Positions 17,703 through 27,575 of a stretch of 64,000 nucleotides of DNA are shown piece by piece. How positions within the stretch are numbered: position 1 is the stretch's first letter; each line of letters begins with the position of its first letter. Below the pieces are notes generated by a model. The model was not told where the DNA came from, did no database searches, and saw nothing but the letters and a program-made list of their open reading frames with translations. Source of the stretch: Giardia intestinalis (taxonomy: Eukaryota); NCBI GenBank assembly GCA_000002435.2, contig CM018790.1; one strand, given 5' to 3'. Both the position numbers and the translations under genes were made by a program.

Positions 17703-20700
17703 ATGAGTCACTTCGGGATCAAGTACCAGGTCTCCGACATTGTCAGCAACGACGTGTATCTGAAAATCAGCCAAGGAAAGAGGCGATCTGATGGCGCTCT
17801 GGTAACTTTTAGGGAATTAGACTACCACAATCTAATCAGTGCAAACATGCCCCTGAACTTTTATGAGCTCGAGGCTCATAGCAAGATAAATCACTATGCC
17901 ATTTGCCGCATTGAAGAAATGCACCACGATCAGCACAGGTCGCGTCTCTTCCTTGTCACGGAGTTTTGGGACAATAAAACACTTGCCGATCTTACCAGCG
18001 CTCATAAGCAGACGGGGGTGCCCGTTCCAGAAGATCTTGTCTGGCGAATCTTAGTCCACGCAAACGAGGGCCTCTTTTACTACCACAGTGTGTTCAAAAG
18101 CAACGCCCCTGATGTTCGGCGTATCTTGCACAGACACATCACCCCACAATCCATCGTTATGAGGAATAATGGAGCCGTTAAGATCGTCCACCCAGAGATA
18201 CCCTATCTGATTGCTATTCGGGATCACTCCAACATTTCCCCTGAGGAGAAGAAGTACGTTGCTCCAGAGGTGCTGGGAGGCAGGGGATTCTCGGACCGTT
18301 CTGACATATATGCTCTCGGCTGCATCATCTATCAGTTGTGTACGCTGCGCAACTTTGCCGACGTGTTCAAGAATGATATTTCTTACTACACTAATCCGCG
18401 CACCACGGTCCCCAATCCAGAACCCAACGGAGGCCGTATGTATACTGCCTTACTCCCAAACTATTCCCAGGAACTGAATGAAATTATCGGGAATATGACG
18501 GCATTTGATGAGACGCGTCGCTTCACCAGTAACGATGTGCGCAACTTCCCCAAATCTCGCCACGTTCTAGACCAGGACCTGGGGAGTGGTATCTACAAGT
18601 ACGCTAGCACGGATTACAACCCGGACGTCTATAAGGAAATTTTCACACCAGGGCATACGACCGATCCCATGTACAGTAGGAACACCCTTACCAGCACAGG
18701 GTATCTTACCAATCCGCCAGAGACGTATGCACCGAGTACATTTTCGCCATCAGGAACTCAGCTAACGACTACCTTCCCGCAGAGTACAGAGGTTGTGGAA
18801 GGAGATCCGTCATTTGCAAGTTCGGGGAAGAAGTCTCGATCAGCTTCGAAGACGGGCCGTGCAAAAACACCAAAGGAAAAAACTTCCAGGGCGAAAACTC
18901 CCAAGGCAAAGACGCCTAAAACGAAGACTCCTAAGACAAAAGGGAAGAGTCTTAGGGACGCCGAATCGACAGAATATTATGATCCACCTACAGCAGATAT
19001 GAATCTTTACCATAGCCCTACTGCAACAACAGTGATGCGCTCGACATACAATATCCCCACTGCAGATAATTATCAACCTCTTATCTACACAGAGAAGCCA
19101 TACTATGATCCTGGAACATCAACGTTTAGGGCAATGCCCATTTCAGATCGCGTATCGGCCAGCCCAGATAACCGTGGCCGTGGGCCTGCAGGTGTTACAA
19201 ACAGTTATGGAGGCACTAGCAATAGACTATCGTGGAACGAGCATGCCGATTACGACACTCAGTCGGAAGTGCCACGTCTAAGAACACCTGGCCTAACAAC
19301 CTCGGTTCCATCTCAGGCTGGGACTCCTCGTGAAGCCATAGAGGTGTACTCTCAACCTTCCCAGTACTCAACACGCTCTATGCGTAGTACCACAGAGCGC
19401 GATAACACGGGACAAGCAAAGAATAGGCGGCACTCTAGTAGCCGCGATCTCGACTATGTTATTCCTGAATACATCGACGAGCTCCTACGCGACATCATTG
19501 CTAGCAAGTTCGGACAAAAAGCAAACGTTGATAACATCCTTCAAGAGCTTTATAAAGTTGTTCCGGGAACACTTTTAACCGAGGGACGCAAGGTCTATGC
19601 TCCAGACGATATCGTCCAGATGCTAATGCTCAAAGAGGAGCTCGAGCGCAAGGTGGAGCCGTATCTCAATCGACTGACGATTCCGAATAGCACTACTTCG
19701 AAGGGAAGCTACAGTTATGGATCCTATCGCGACGACGACTCTATAGATAGATCACCCCACACTACTTACAGGACATCAAGCAATTCCACAACTCATCTGA
19801 GCATCAACACGATGAACCCCACGGAGACGCGTGGAACCCTCCTCAAGGACAGAACCATGACCAGCAGACTCCACACCAAGTCATTCAACGACCACACGCC
19901 TGATACTGTTAACAACCTCCGTGATTCTCAAGTATTTTCGGGGGAGGATACAGTCTCTAACGATCTGACTCCGCTGATGCGCGCTGCAATCCGCAATGAC
20001 GTGGACGCTGTTGAGTCTTCCATTTCCGAATATGGCGGATACAGCAATCTGACTGGAAACACGGCTCTTATGATGGCAGCATCTAAGAATAATTATAACG
20101 TGATACCGAAGTTAATTCCTCGCGAAGCAAAGATTGTGGATCGTGATGGCTTGACCGCTCTCAATTACGCTGCATACTACGGTCACGTCGAGTCTGTCAA
20201 ACTGCTTATGGATCATGAGGCAGGCATTCAATCAAACTATGGGCAGACAGCATTGATGGCGGCGTGCGACCGCCAGCATTTGAACATCGTTAAGCTGCTA
20301 AAGCATCGAGAGGGTGGACTTGTCAATAACGTCGGGGAGACCGCGCTTATGAGGGCCGTAAAGGCAGGAAATACGTTCATCGTGCAGGAGCTTTTGGATA
20401 CGGAGGCCGGTATCAGAAACCAGGACGGAGAAACAGCTCTTATGCTCGCCGCTCACGCCGGCAACATGAGTCTTTGCAGAGCGTTACTTGCGAAAGAAAT
20501 AGGTCTCCAGTCTAAGTACGGGCAAACGGCTCTCATGGTGGCAGCACAACGCAATAACATGCAGCTTTGCGAGCTCCTTATTGGCCGTGAGGTCAATCTT
20601 AAGGATAATTCGGAAGAAACTGCCTTGATGAAGGCGGCCAGGGTTGGTGCCACTGATGCCGTCCGTTTTCTGATGAACTTTGAGGCAGGGATGAAGGGCA

Positions 20701-21056
20701 GGGACGGTATAACAGCCCTGATGATAGCTGCTGAAGAGGGACATAAGGACATCGTCCAGCTGCTAATCCCTCGCGAGAAGATGATGGTGATGCGCGACGG
20801 TTCCTCTGCTCTGATGCTCGCAGTGTGTACGCGCCACCTGGAGGTGGTCAAGCTCCTGGCGCCCGTGGAGTCGAAGATGCAGAAGGCAACAGGGGAGACG
20901 GCTATGATAATTGCAATCCGTAACAAGCGCCCCGAGTGTGCCCGCCTGCTTCTGGAGTACGAGGGCAGCATGAAGCACAATGGAATGAATGTTCTTCAGA
21001 TCGCAGACGCAGAGGGCGAGTACGCGCTCGTCGAGGATCTGCGAGGCCTGGTGTGA
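17703..21056 (+). CDS. NEK-family pseudokinase with a central S/T/P/K-rich low-complexity region and C-terminal ankyrin repeats (Protein 21.1-like), 1117 aa
   Basis: Kinase-like fold without a catalytic Asp or DFG (LHRHITPQSIVM, HPEIPY) but with an APE-like VAPEVLGG. (KTPK)n run. At least 10 ankyrin repeats (TALMMAA…, LTALNYAAYYGHVESVKLLM…). AGTAAAC overlaps the TGA stop. Confidence 0.8.
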   Translation: MSHFGIKYQVSDIVSNDVYLKISQGKRRSDGALVTFRELDYHNLISANMPLNFYELEAHSKINHYAICRIEEMHHDQHRSRLFLVTEFWDNKTLADLTSAHKQTGVPVPEDLVWRILVHANEGLFYYHSVFKSNAPDVRRILHRHITPQSIVMRNNGAVKIVHPEIPYLIAIRDHSNISPEEKKYVAPEVLGGRGFSDRSDIYALGCIIYQLCTLRNFADVFKNDISYYTNPRTTVPNPEPNGGRMYTALLPNYSQELNEIIGNMTAFDETRRFTSNDVRNFPKSRHVLDQDLGSGIYKYASTDYNPDVYKEIFTPGHTTDPMYSRNTLTSTGYLTNPPETYAPSTFSPSGTQLTTTFPQSTEVVEGDPSFASSGKKSRSASKTGRAKTPKEKTSRAKTPKAKTPKTKTPKTKGKSLRDAESTEYYDPPTADMNLYHSPTATTVMRSTYNIPTADNYQPLIYTEKPYYDPGTSTFRAMPISDRVSASPDNRGRGPAGVTNSYGGTSNRLSWNEHADYDTQSEVPRLRTPGLTTSVPSQAGTPREAIEVYSQPSQYSTRSMRSTTERDNTGQAKNRRHSSSRDLDYVIPEYIDELLRDIIASKFGQKANVDNILQELYKVVPGTLLTEGRKVYAPDDIVQMLMLKEELERKVEPYLNRLTIPNSTTSKGSYSYGSYRDDDSIDRSPHTTYRTSSNSTTHLSINTMNPTETRGTLLKDRTMTSRLHTKSFNDHTPDTVNNLRDSQVFSGEDTVSNDLTPLMRAAIRNDVDAVESSISEYGGYSNLTGNTALMMAASKNNYNVIPKLIPREAKIVDRDGLTALNYAAYYGHVESVKLLMDHEAGIQSNYGQTALMAACDRQHLNIVKLLKHREGGLVNNVGETALMRAVKAGNTFIVQELLDTEAGIRNQDGETALMLAAHAGNMSLCRALLAKEIGLQSKYGQTALMVAAQRNNMQLCELLIGREVNLKDNSEETALMKAARVGATDAVRFLMNFEAGMKGRDGITALMIAAEEGHKDIVQLLIPREKMMVMRDGSSALMLAVCTRHLEVVKLLAPVESKMQKATGETAMIIAIRNKRPECARLLLEYEGSMKHNGMNVLQIADAEGEYALVEDLRGLV

Positions 21057-21061
21057 GTAAA

Positions 21062-21134
21062 CTGGACGATGGGGGATTTGAACCCCCGGCCTCGACGATG
21101 CAAACGTCGCGCTCTACCAACTGAGCTAACCGCC
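21062..21134 (-). tRNA. tRNA-Ala (anticodon UGC), 73 nt
   Basis: The minus strand reads GGGCGGTTAGCTCAGTTGGTAGAGCGCGACGTTTGCATCGTCGAGGCCGGGGGTTCAAATCCCCCATCGTCCA. Cloverleaf features: 7-bp acceptor with G3:U70 (Ala identity), D-arm GCTC/GAGC, anticodon loop TTTGCAT, T-loop GGTTCAAATCC, A73 discriminator. Confidence 0.85.
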
Positions 21135-21279
21135 CGTGCCAAGGGAAAAAATGCCAACATGCGCGAAAAGGTACTTCAAAGGTTTCTAGGTCTCTAAGGA
21201 TGTGTCGGGGGCTTCTGCAGACGATCCGCGGAGGGCCCCTACCAAATGAAAATTCAAAAAAATCATTTCAATTTTGAAT

Positions 21280-21771
21280 ATGCCACCTGCAAAGGCCGGA
21301 AGCAAGCTTTCTGCCGAGGTCCAGAAGAAGATCGAGGCCATCCGCAAGCAGAAGAAGGCCCTCCCCAAGGGCATGGAGCCTGTCCCCAAGGAGCACGTGG
21401 CCATTAGCGATCAGATCTCAATTCTTACATCTGCAGGCTTTGTGCCGCTCTCTATGGATGCCGTGCGCATCTACCAGGGTGATAAGGTCACTGAGATCAC
21501 CAAGCTTCAATTCATGGGCAACCCGAGGGACAACATCTGGAGCATCAGCGGGACCGAGACCGAGAAGGCGATTTCAGATGTACCAGATAACGATTCTTAC
21601 GTAGAGATGTTCCGCAAATACATGTCGCAGATGTCTAAGGAGTTTGCTGCCAATGACAAGGCCAAGAGTGACACCGCTAACAAGGAGCCAGAGGCCGAGG
21701 CTGCGACGGAGAACCAGGCGGCAGCAGACACTGCTCCCAAGCCTGAACAAGAAGAAAAGGTGGAGGAGTAA
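21280..21771 (+). CDS. BTF3: Nascent-polypeptide-associated complex beta subunit (BTF3-like), about 163 aa
   Basis: The track start 21274 is TTG; the first ATG is 21280 (MPPAKAGSK…). Basic N-terminus RKQKKALPKG and a NAC domain …VRIYQGDKVTEITKLQFMGNPRDNIWSISGTETEK, compared with BTF3 …[28 protein letters not shown]. Acidic C-terminus. Confidence 0.65.
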   Translation: MPPAKAGSKLSAEVQKKIEAIRKQKKALPKGMEPVPKEHVAISDQISILTSAGFVPLSMDAVRIYQGDKVTEITKLQFMGNPRDNIWSISGTETEKAISDVPDNDSYVEMFRKYMSQMSKEFAANDKAKSDTANKEPEAEAATENQAAADTAPKPEQEEKVEE

Positions 21772-21862
21772 ATTTACCTCTCCGTTTCAGGGGGCCGTGC
21801 GGCGCGCATTCTCTTACACAGATTGACAATGCAGGCCGTTTACATTTAATTCTTCAAATCCC

Positions 21863-24800
21863 ATGGGCTCAGATAGCTACTTTCCGAGTGATGTAGTGCG
21901 TTCAGCCACCCCGTGGTACCACTGGTACGAGAATTGCGAGGTTCAGAATGTCTCCACAACAATCCCTAACAATGACATTCCGTCGTATTTTGAGACAATT
22001 TATAAGGAGGTCGTGAGCCACGAGCGCGCTCTCTTTCGCCAACAAAAGTATGGAAAACGGGACGAGCGGTGGATAGAAGCCACTATGGCCAAGGGAACGT
22101 TTAAAGACAGGATTGCCACAATGACCATGTATGCTCGTGAAAACCCAGTAACAAGCATTGAACTACTTACCAATTTGGAAGAGCTGTGTAAGGATAAAAA
22201 GAGAAATGTGGCTGACGTGCTTCCTGCACTGATTGAGCTCTTTGATCTGACTCTTCCGGTCAACCGCCCTCTGATCTCGTTGGAACGTCGTTGCTTGGTG
22301 TTAAAGACGTCCGGCACTCAATACCTCCTTCCATCACATAAAGGAATTCTAGCCTCTTGGTACTTCGAGAACTTTCTCTTGCAGTACCTCCATCGCCTTC
22401 TTGTCTGGATTACCGATGAAATGGGCGCTGACCCTCAAGAGTGGATGCGGCAGAAGGCCGTGGAAACTGCTTTTGAGTTGCTGCCCTATCCTACGACGAC
22501 TGAGAGATGTATTCGCTACATGATAGACAAGATGGGCGACCCTGTCGGAAACATTGCCTCTTGTAGCGCATCTCGTCTGCGCACGGCAATCTACTTGCTA
22601 CACAGTAACTTATCGTGGACTGTGAGTGTCGTGGAGAAGGAGAGCGATGCATCTAGACACAAGTTTATGCTATACGGAAAAGACAATCGAATCAAGTTCC
22701 TGATGGGCTGCATCGCGCAGTCAATCTCTTTCCTGAGCAGACCTAACATCTCACAAAAGATGCTGAAGACCATTGTATCATTCATTGCTTTCAATATCCT
22801 TCCATTCATTCAGGGCCAATCCGATGCAGAGGTGCGCCTCATCTCAGATCTTTCAGAGCTATTCTTTGGATTGCTTAACAGGCAGTTGGCTGAGGTGTGC
22901 AAGGTAGAAGTTAAGGATTCAAAGATTGTTCATATGAAGAGCAAAAAGCACAAGAAGGGTTCAAAGACAAGAACCACAGAGGCGGCACAAATGCAAGAGT
23001 TCTCCGTGCTGAAGTACATCCTGCAGGGATTGAGCACTTCGCTGAAGTATGCTGACCTTCGCCTAATAGGCAATTTAGATGGTCATGTCCATACGCTTTC
23101 TGCCATGTTGCGTGCTACCAAGTATCATATTTCCATGCTTGTTGCCACCGTTCTCCTTACTGTTGCCGAGAAGGCCGTGGGGTCTGGGCAGCCTCGCGTA
23201 GTCCAGGGATTGGATAATCAGGTAGCGAAGACTGCCGTCAATGCATACTATTCCCTAATCAACCGGTTTGAGGCCGCGCATGTGACTTATAAGTCTCGTA
23301 CTGGCTTGCTCTTGAGTGGCATGGGCCGGTGTATGCAGTTGACTGCCAATGGGATATTCACTTCTAAGAACATACAAGCGGCCTTTTGGAAGCGCTGCCT
23401 TCAAACAGGTCTTGTTGCTGGGAACGGAAGCTTTGTTTGCGGAGCTGTGCTTGCTCTGGGCACAACGATGCTGAGACTAAACAATTATGGGACCTCGACA
23501 GCAGGATTAGCAGCAAATGCTAAGAGCAACACCAACACAGTCATGAGAGTCATGCCCTTCACTGTCTCGTACTTGATGTCTAGCTATAAGAAAACGGTGG
23601 ACAGCGGAAATCGTCCCGTTGTGCGTCAGTCTCTTCAAGCCCAGCAGAGGGAACATCCCAAGCCAGTTGAAGAAACAAAGAAAGAGGAGAGAACAAAGGA
23701 GCCAGTGGTTGTCACTAGTAAGCCGACTGCACACCTAGAGCTGTTATTACCGTCCAGGGGAACTGAAGCCAGGCCTGCTGCAAGTGAGAAGCAAAGACAA
23801 ACGGTTCAGGAAATCGAAGCAGATACGACTAGAAGATACATTCCTGAAGCATATAATCCTGCGACATCCTCTGCAGCTAACGATGAGCTCTGGGAGCTGC
23901 TTATTCTACAAAACCACTACCACTTAGGTGTACAGAAGGCCCTCAGTCTAATGTTGACGGAGAACACCTTTGGACGGTATGTAAAATCAGACGCTGGTGA
24001 CTATGATAAGCTCGATGCTCCCGCTGAGTTTTCTAGCAAGGCTGCCATCGATTTCATCGACGGGCGGACTGACTATTGTGTCTCCAAGTCTAGGTATGAT
24101 TTAGCGCGCACGTATCCGAACGTATGCGTCAACGGATCAATGTATGAAGCTCTAGCAACACTTTATAATATGAAAGGAAAAAGACAAAAGGCTGCAAGTG
24201 TTAAGCGCATCACAGACACGCTGGATGCTGTCACACCGAAAGAATTTCTCACCAACTACAAGAACAAGGCAGACATTTACACGGATAAGCAGCGAACGGA
24301 TGCTGTCAATAGGATGACCGATGAGGAGCGCGATGAATACATTCTGGAAGCCATGAAGCAAGAGGGCCTCATCGATAGCTCTGGTAAGGCAATAGATTTG
24401 GATAAGAAGCATGCGGAGAGGCATAGGGCGTCATACATCGGAGGAGAGATTCATGATGAAAATGATGACTCCAGTTATCACTTGGATGATGCGTCGCAGG
24501 AATTCACAAGTAACATATCATATTCAGACGAGGATTCGGATGGCAGAGATGGAGACGAAGAGGAGTACGAAGAAACAGAAGCAAACGAGCTGGACGTCAA
24601 TCAAGGCTCAATGACGAAGCGCGAGAGACTAATGATGATAAAGAAAGCAGCTGGGCCCCGTGGGTTTGTCAGTGCAGACCTGGTCTTCGGTGATGATAGC
24701 AGCGACCTCGAGATCGATGATAAAGCCTCTTCGAGAGCCGCGTCAAGGAAGCATGTCGGTCCCGCTATGGGAACAAAGTTACCAATGCAATCTCCTGGAA

Positions 24801-25042
24801 CGCAATGTATCGCAGATTATGTTGATAGTGAGGAATCTGGCATTGATAGGAAGAACAGAGGTAAGGAATTGCTTAATGACAGCCTACTTCCGAGCACTGA
24901 TGATGATAGTGATGAATACCAGGAGGACGTTCCATATGTTACTCGCGCCAGGGTTAGCCTGGCTGCCAAAGAACAAACACCGTCGGGACGTCGATCTCTC
25001 CAAGCGCGGATGCAGACCCGGACTAGGGGCCTGAAGAAGTAG
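21863..25042 (+). CDS. CBF/Mak21 (Noc1, CEBPZ-like) nucleolar pre-60S factor, 1059 aa
   Basis: DERWIEATMAKGTFKDRIATM… / SWYFENFLLQYLHRLL… / IDKMGDPVGNIASCSASRL matches the CEBPZ N-terminal/CBF region (SDEKWMKTVLSKGTLGDRMAAM…, LWYFEHQLKHLVAEF…, VNKLGDPQNRIATKASHLL). Acidic serine-rich C-terminus ending K/R-rich. Confidence 0.65.
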   Translation: MGSDSYFPSDVVRSATPWYHWYENCEVQNVSTTIPNNDIPSYFETIYKEVVSHERALFRQQKYGKRDERWIEATMAKGTFKDRIATMTMYARENPVTSIELLTNLEELCKDKKRNVADVLPALIELFDLTLPVNRPLISLERRCLVLKTSGTQYLLPSHKGILASWYFENFLLQYLHRLLVWITDEMGADPQEWMRQKAVETAFELLPYPTTTERCIRYMIDKMGDPVGNIASCSASRLRTAIYLLHSNLSWTVSVVEKESDASRHKFMLYGKDNRIKFLMGCIAQSISFLSRPNISQKMLKTIVSFIAFNILPFIQGQSDAEVRLISDLSELFFGLLNRQLAEVCKVEVKDSKIVHMKSKKHKKGSKTRTTEAAQMQEFSVLKYILQGLSTSLKYADLRLIGNLDGHVHTLSAMLRATKYHISMLVATVLLTVAEKAVGSGQPRVVQGLDNQVAKTAVNAYYSLINRFEAAHVTYKSRTGLLLSGMGRCMQLTANGIFTSKNIQAAFWKRCLQTGLVAGNGSFVCGAVLALGTTMLRLNNYGTSTAGLAANAKSNTNTVMRVMPFTVSYLMSSYKKTVDSGNRPVVRQSLQAQQREHPKPVEETKKEERTKEPVVVTSKPTAHLELLLPSRGTEARPAASEKQRQTVQEIEADTTRRYIPEAYNPATSSAANDELWELLILQNHYHLGVQKALSLMLTENTFGRYVKSDAGDYDKLDAPAEFSSKAAIDFIDGRTDYCVSKSRYDLARTYPNVCVNGSMYEALATLYNMKGKRQKAASVKRITDTLDAVTPKEFLTNYKNKADIYTDKQRTDAVNRMTDEERDEYILEAMKQEGLIDSSGKAIDLDKKHAERHRASYIGGEIHDENDDSSYHLDDASQEFTSNISYSDEDSDGRDGDEEEYEETEANELDVNQGSMTKRERLMMIKKAAGPRGFVSADLVFGDDSSDLEIDDKASSRAASRKHVGPAMGTKLPMQSPGTQCIADYVDSEESGIDRKNRGKELLNDSLLPSTDDDSDEYQEDVPYVTRARVSLAAKEQTPSGRRSLQARMQTRTRGLKK

Positions 25043-25159
25043 GCCGTGTTGTTACAAAAAAGTAAATGTAGCGTTTTTTATGGAAGGAGATAAAAGAAAG
25101 GTAGGTTAAAATAAAGATTTATTTCGGAGCAAGTGGTAACAGTAGGGAAAAACCTGCCA

Positions 25160-25729
25160 ATGTCCCATGCTGCAGACCAAGAAATGGAAAAGGAGGCTAT
25201 TCGCGCCATATACCCGGAAGGCTTTGTCGATCTTGCCCCATATGAGTACATCTTTCAGTTTCCCGTGCCCGGCTTCGGCGATGCATTCATAAGGCTCCAT
25301 ATCCAATATCCTCCGGAGTATCCAGAAGCACCCGCCAACATCTGCTCTTGTGAGGCTATCAACCTCCACCAGTCTGCCTCTAGCAAGGTGATTCAAGCAA
25401 TAAATAGTCGACACATGGAGCTGGCCGGAGAGCCATACATCGCAGCTCTGTCCATGTTGGTTGAGGATGCTCTAGGTCTTCAAACTGATGAGGATACAGA
25501 GGCATGCCCCACTCCCTCCGCTGCCAACTTACCAAGTGAAGAGGAGTTCAACCCTGGCTTACTTCCTGGGCCTCCTCTTACAGCAGAAAATTTCAAGGAG
25601 TGGTGGACTACCTTTTGCGTAGAGAATAACATATCATTGGAAGACGTCGATGAGCAGTGTGCGCGACCAACCGGACGGCAGATCTGGGAGGAGATGGAAC
25701 GGGGCGGTGCACCTATGACTACTGTGTGA
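25160..25729 (+). CDS. RWD-domain protein with C-terminal DFRP domain (RWDD1/Gir2-like, DRG-binding), about 189 aa
   Basis: The track start 25133 is GTG; the first ATG is 25160. RWD signature EMEKEAIRAIYPE…FIRLHIQYPPEYPEAPANI. C-terminal …AENFKEWW…PTGRQIWEEM resembles the DFRP motif (…LTGRQLFE). Confidence 0.55.
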   Translation: MSHAADQEMEKEAIRAIYPEGFVDLAPYEYIFQFPVPGFGDAFIRLHIQYPPEYPEAPANICSCEAINLHQSASSKVIQAINSRHMELAGEPYIAALSMLVEDALGLQTDEDTEACPTPSAANLPSEEEFNPGLLPGPPLTAENFKEWWTTFCVENNISLEDVDEQCARPTGRQIWEEMERGGAPMTTV

Positions 25730-25807
25730 AGTGCCCTACTCCTCATTCGTTGTGTTAGCATCTCAATGGAATTCAGCAACCTTTGCGCTTGTGGAGTGTA
25801 AAAAAAT

Positions 25808-26809
25808 ATGACGTCGATCCATAAGCTTTCAAAAGAGGAATCAAGCGCGTACTCTCAGGCATATAAGCCAGTGAATCCTGCCTTTGACACAGGTACACCG
25901 ATTCATTTCGAGAAGGTTAAATTTAAACTGCAGACAGCGTACGTCAATGCCTTCACGGTGGGAAATCAAGTTCTCGTATTCGGAGGGGGAGAAGCGGCTA
26001 GCTCAACACTTCATGTTATGAATAACATCGATGTTGGTTTTAAGGCAATCACCTTGCCCACAAGCCCGCGTACCCTACACGCATCTTGTCTTTTTAATGA
26101 GTATTATGTCGTGCATGGAGGAACGTCGGCCGGCTTTATCAACTTTAAGAAGGGGCTGTACCCTGGTTCCAGTCTACTTGTTATCAACCCCACGACGGGG
26201 GCCGTGACCGAACACACGTTGGGTGGACAGGTGCCGACTCCTCGGGCATCTCATCGTATAGCACAGTTGGACTCCTCCAACATCATTCTGGCAGGGGGAA
26301 TAGACGGTGAAGAGGCTTCACTAGGAGACACATACATAATCAATATGGTGACGTTTCACTGCGTCAGAGTATCTGACATGCCTATGCACATGGTGGCAGG
26401 GGTGCTTGCTAACGTGGAAGGGCAGGTGATTGCTTTCGGAGGGAGCACAACGCTGGGTAATTTCAACAGAGACATACTGCTCTTCAACAACGAAAGCGCC
26501 TCCTGGTCTCGCCTTTCCTTCATACCTTTTGAACCACGCAAGTCTTCTGCGTACACAGTGTACAATGGTATCATCTTCTGTTTTGGCGGTCGCAACGCCA
26601 TCAAGGAATTCAGTAGTGTGTGGGCATTTTCGCCTAGATTGATGGACTGGACGAGGATGAACATCGCCGGAAAGCTGCCAAATCTCTTTGGAGCCATCAT
26701 CTTCTTCTACCACGGGCAGCTCTTCGTCGCTGGGGGCTCTGCACGTCGCCCCAAGGCGTCGGATGTATATCGGCTCGATACACGTTCTCTCTTCGCTTCT
26801 CCTTATTAG
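25808..26809 (+). CDS. Kelch-repeat beta-propeller protein, 333 aa
   Basis: Repeated …VFGG…, HGG, AGG, FGG blades spaced about 50 aa apart with conserved W/Y positions. Confidence 0.55.
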   Translation: MTSIHKLSKEESSAYSQAYKPVNPAFDTGTPIHFEKVKFKLQTAYVNAFTVGNQVLVFGGGEAASSTLHVMNNIDVGFKAITLPTSPRTLHASCLFNEYYVVHGGTSAGFINFKKGLYPGSSLLVINPTTGAVTEHTLGGQVPTPRASHRIAQLDSSNIILAGGIDGEEASLGDTYIINMVTFHCVRVSDMPMHMVAGVLANVEGQVIAFGGSTTLGNFNRDILLFNNESASWSRLSFIPFEPRKSSAYTVYNGIIFCFGGRNAIKEFSSVWAFSPRLMDWTRMNIAGKLPNLFGAIIFFYHGQLFVAGGSARRPKASDVYRLDTRSLFASPY

Positions 26810-27575
26810 CTATTGCCACCTCCCAGTGTGAATTAGAGTCTGTAGGCTTTAAGGCTTTCTATCTCTGCTGTGAGCCTCCTGAATAAAGTCAATCTGCTCT
26901 GTATGGATTGTTTTGCATGGTTAGGGTGAAGAGCTTTGGAATAACGATGGATGATTGGAGTACAAATGGCTGCCAGCAGGTGCCAGCATATAGTGCGCGG
27001 CAATGGTAGGGGATAATACAATAGGTAGGTTGCCTACGTTGTCTATGAATGCACTCTTGTCTAGGACATACTCTAGACGACTTCATCAATCTAGTTATCT
27101 GCATCGAGATGTGCAAGAACCGCAACTACTATAATAACTGCCTTATCCTACGTCTAAAAGTGATTCCTACACACCATCCCTAAACCTATCGAAGAATGCT
27201 TATGTTGAGTAAAACTCAAAACTCATGAATTCCATTTGTATGGAGTGCGATGGGTTATAGAGCTATTCCTTCTGTCTCAATGTAATTTTAGACACATGTT
27301 CAAGCCAGCTTATAGAGTCTAGACAACGAGGGTGCAATATAAGTTTGAGATATCTGTGAGTCCACAACGATGTGGAGTGAGTAAGAAGTGCACTTCTTTA
27401 GTGAATAAACCCAAGCTCAAGTTGCCATGAAAGATAGAGCCCAAAGCATAGAGATAAAAGAATCTACGCCAGACGGCCTTAATTTCGTGATCAAATCACT
27501 TAAACAATGGATATAGCGATGACTGCAAGGCCTCTTTGAGAACCGAAACACAGACAGCAGCTTTTAAACATAAAA

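Noticed and set aside
20453-20980. 175-aa and 86-aa minus-strand ORFs
   Set aside because: They are antisense to the ankyrin-repeat region of the NEK pseudokinase gene. Ankyrin repeats often give open antisense frames.
20902-21124. Short ORFs on both strands over 20.9-21.1 kb
   Set aside because: They overlap the NEK 3-prime end and the tRNA-Ala gene. The tRNA interpretation explains the sequence fully.
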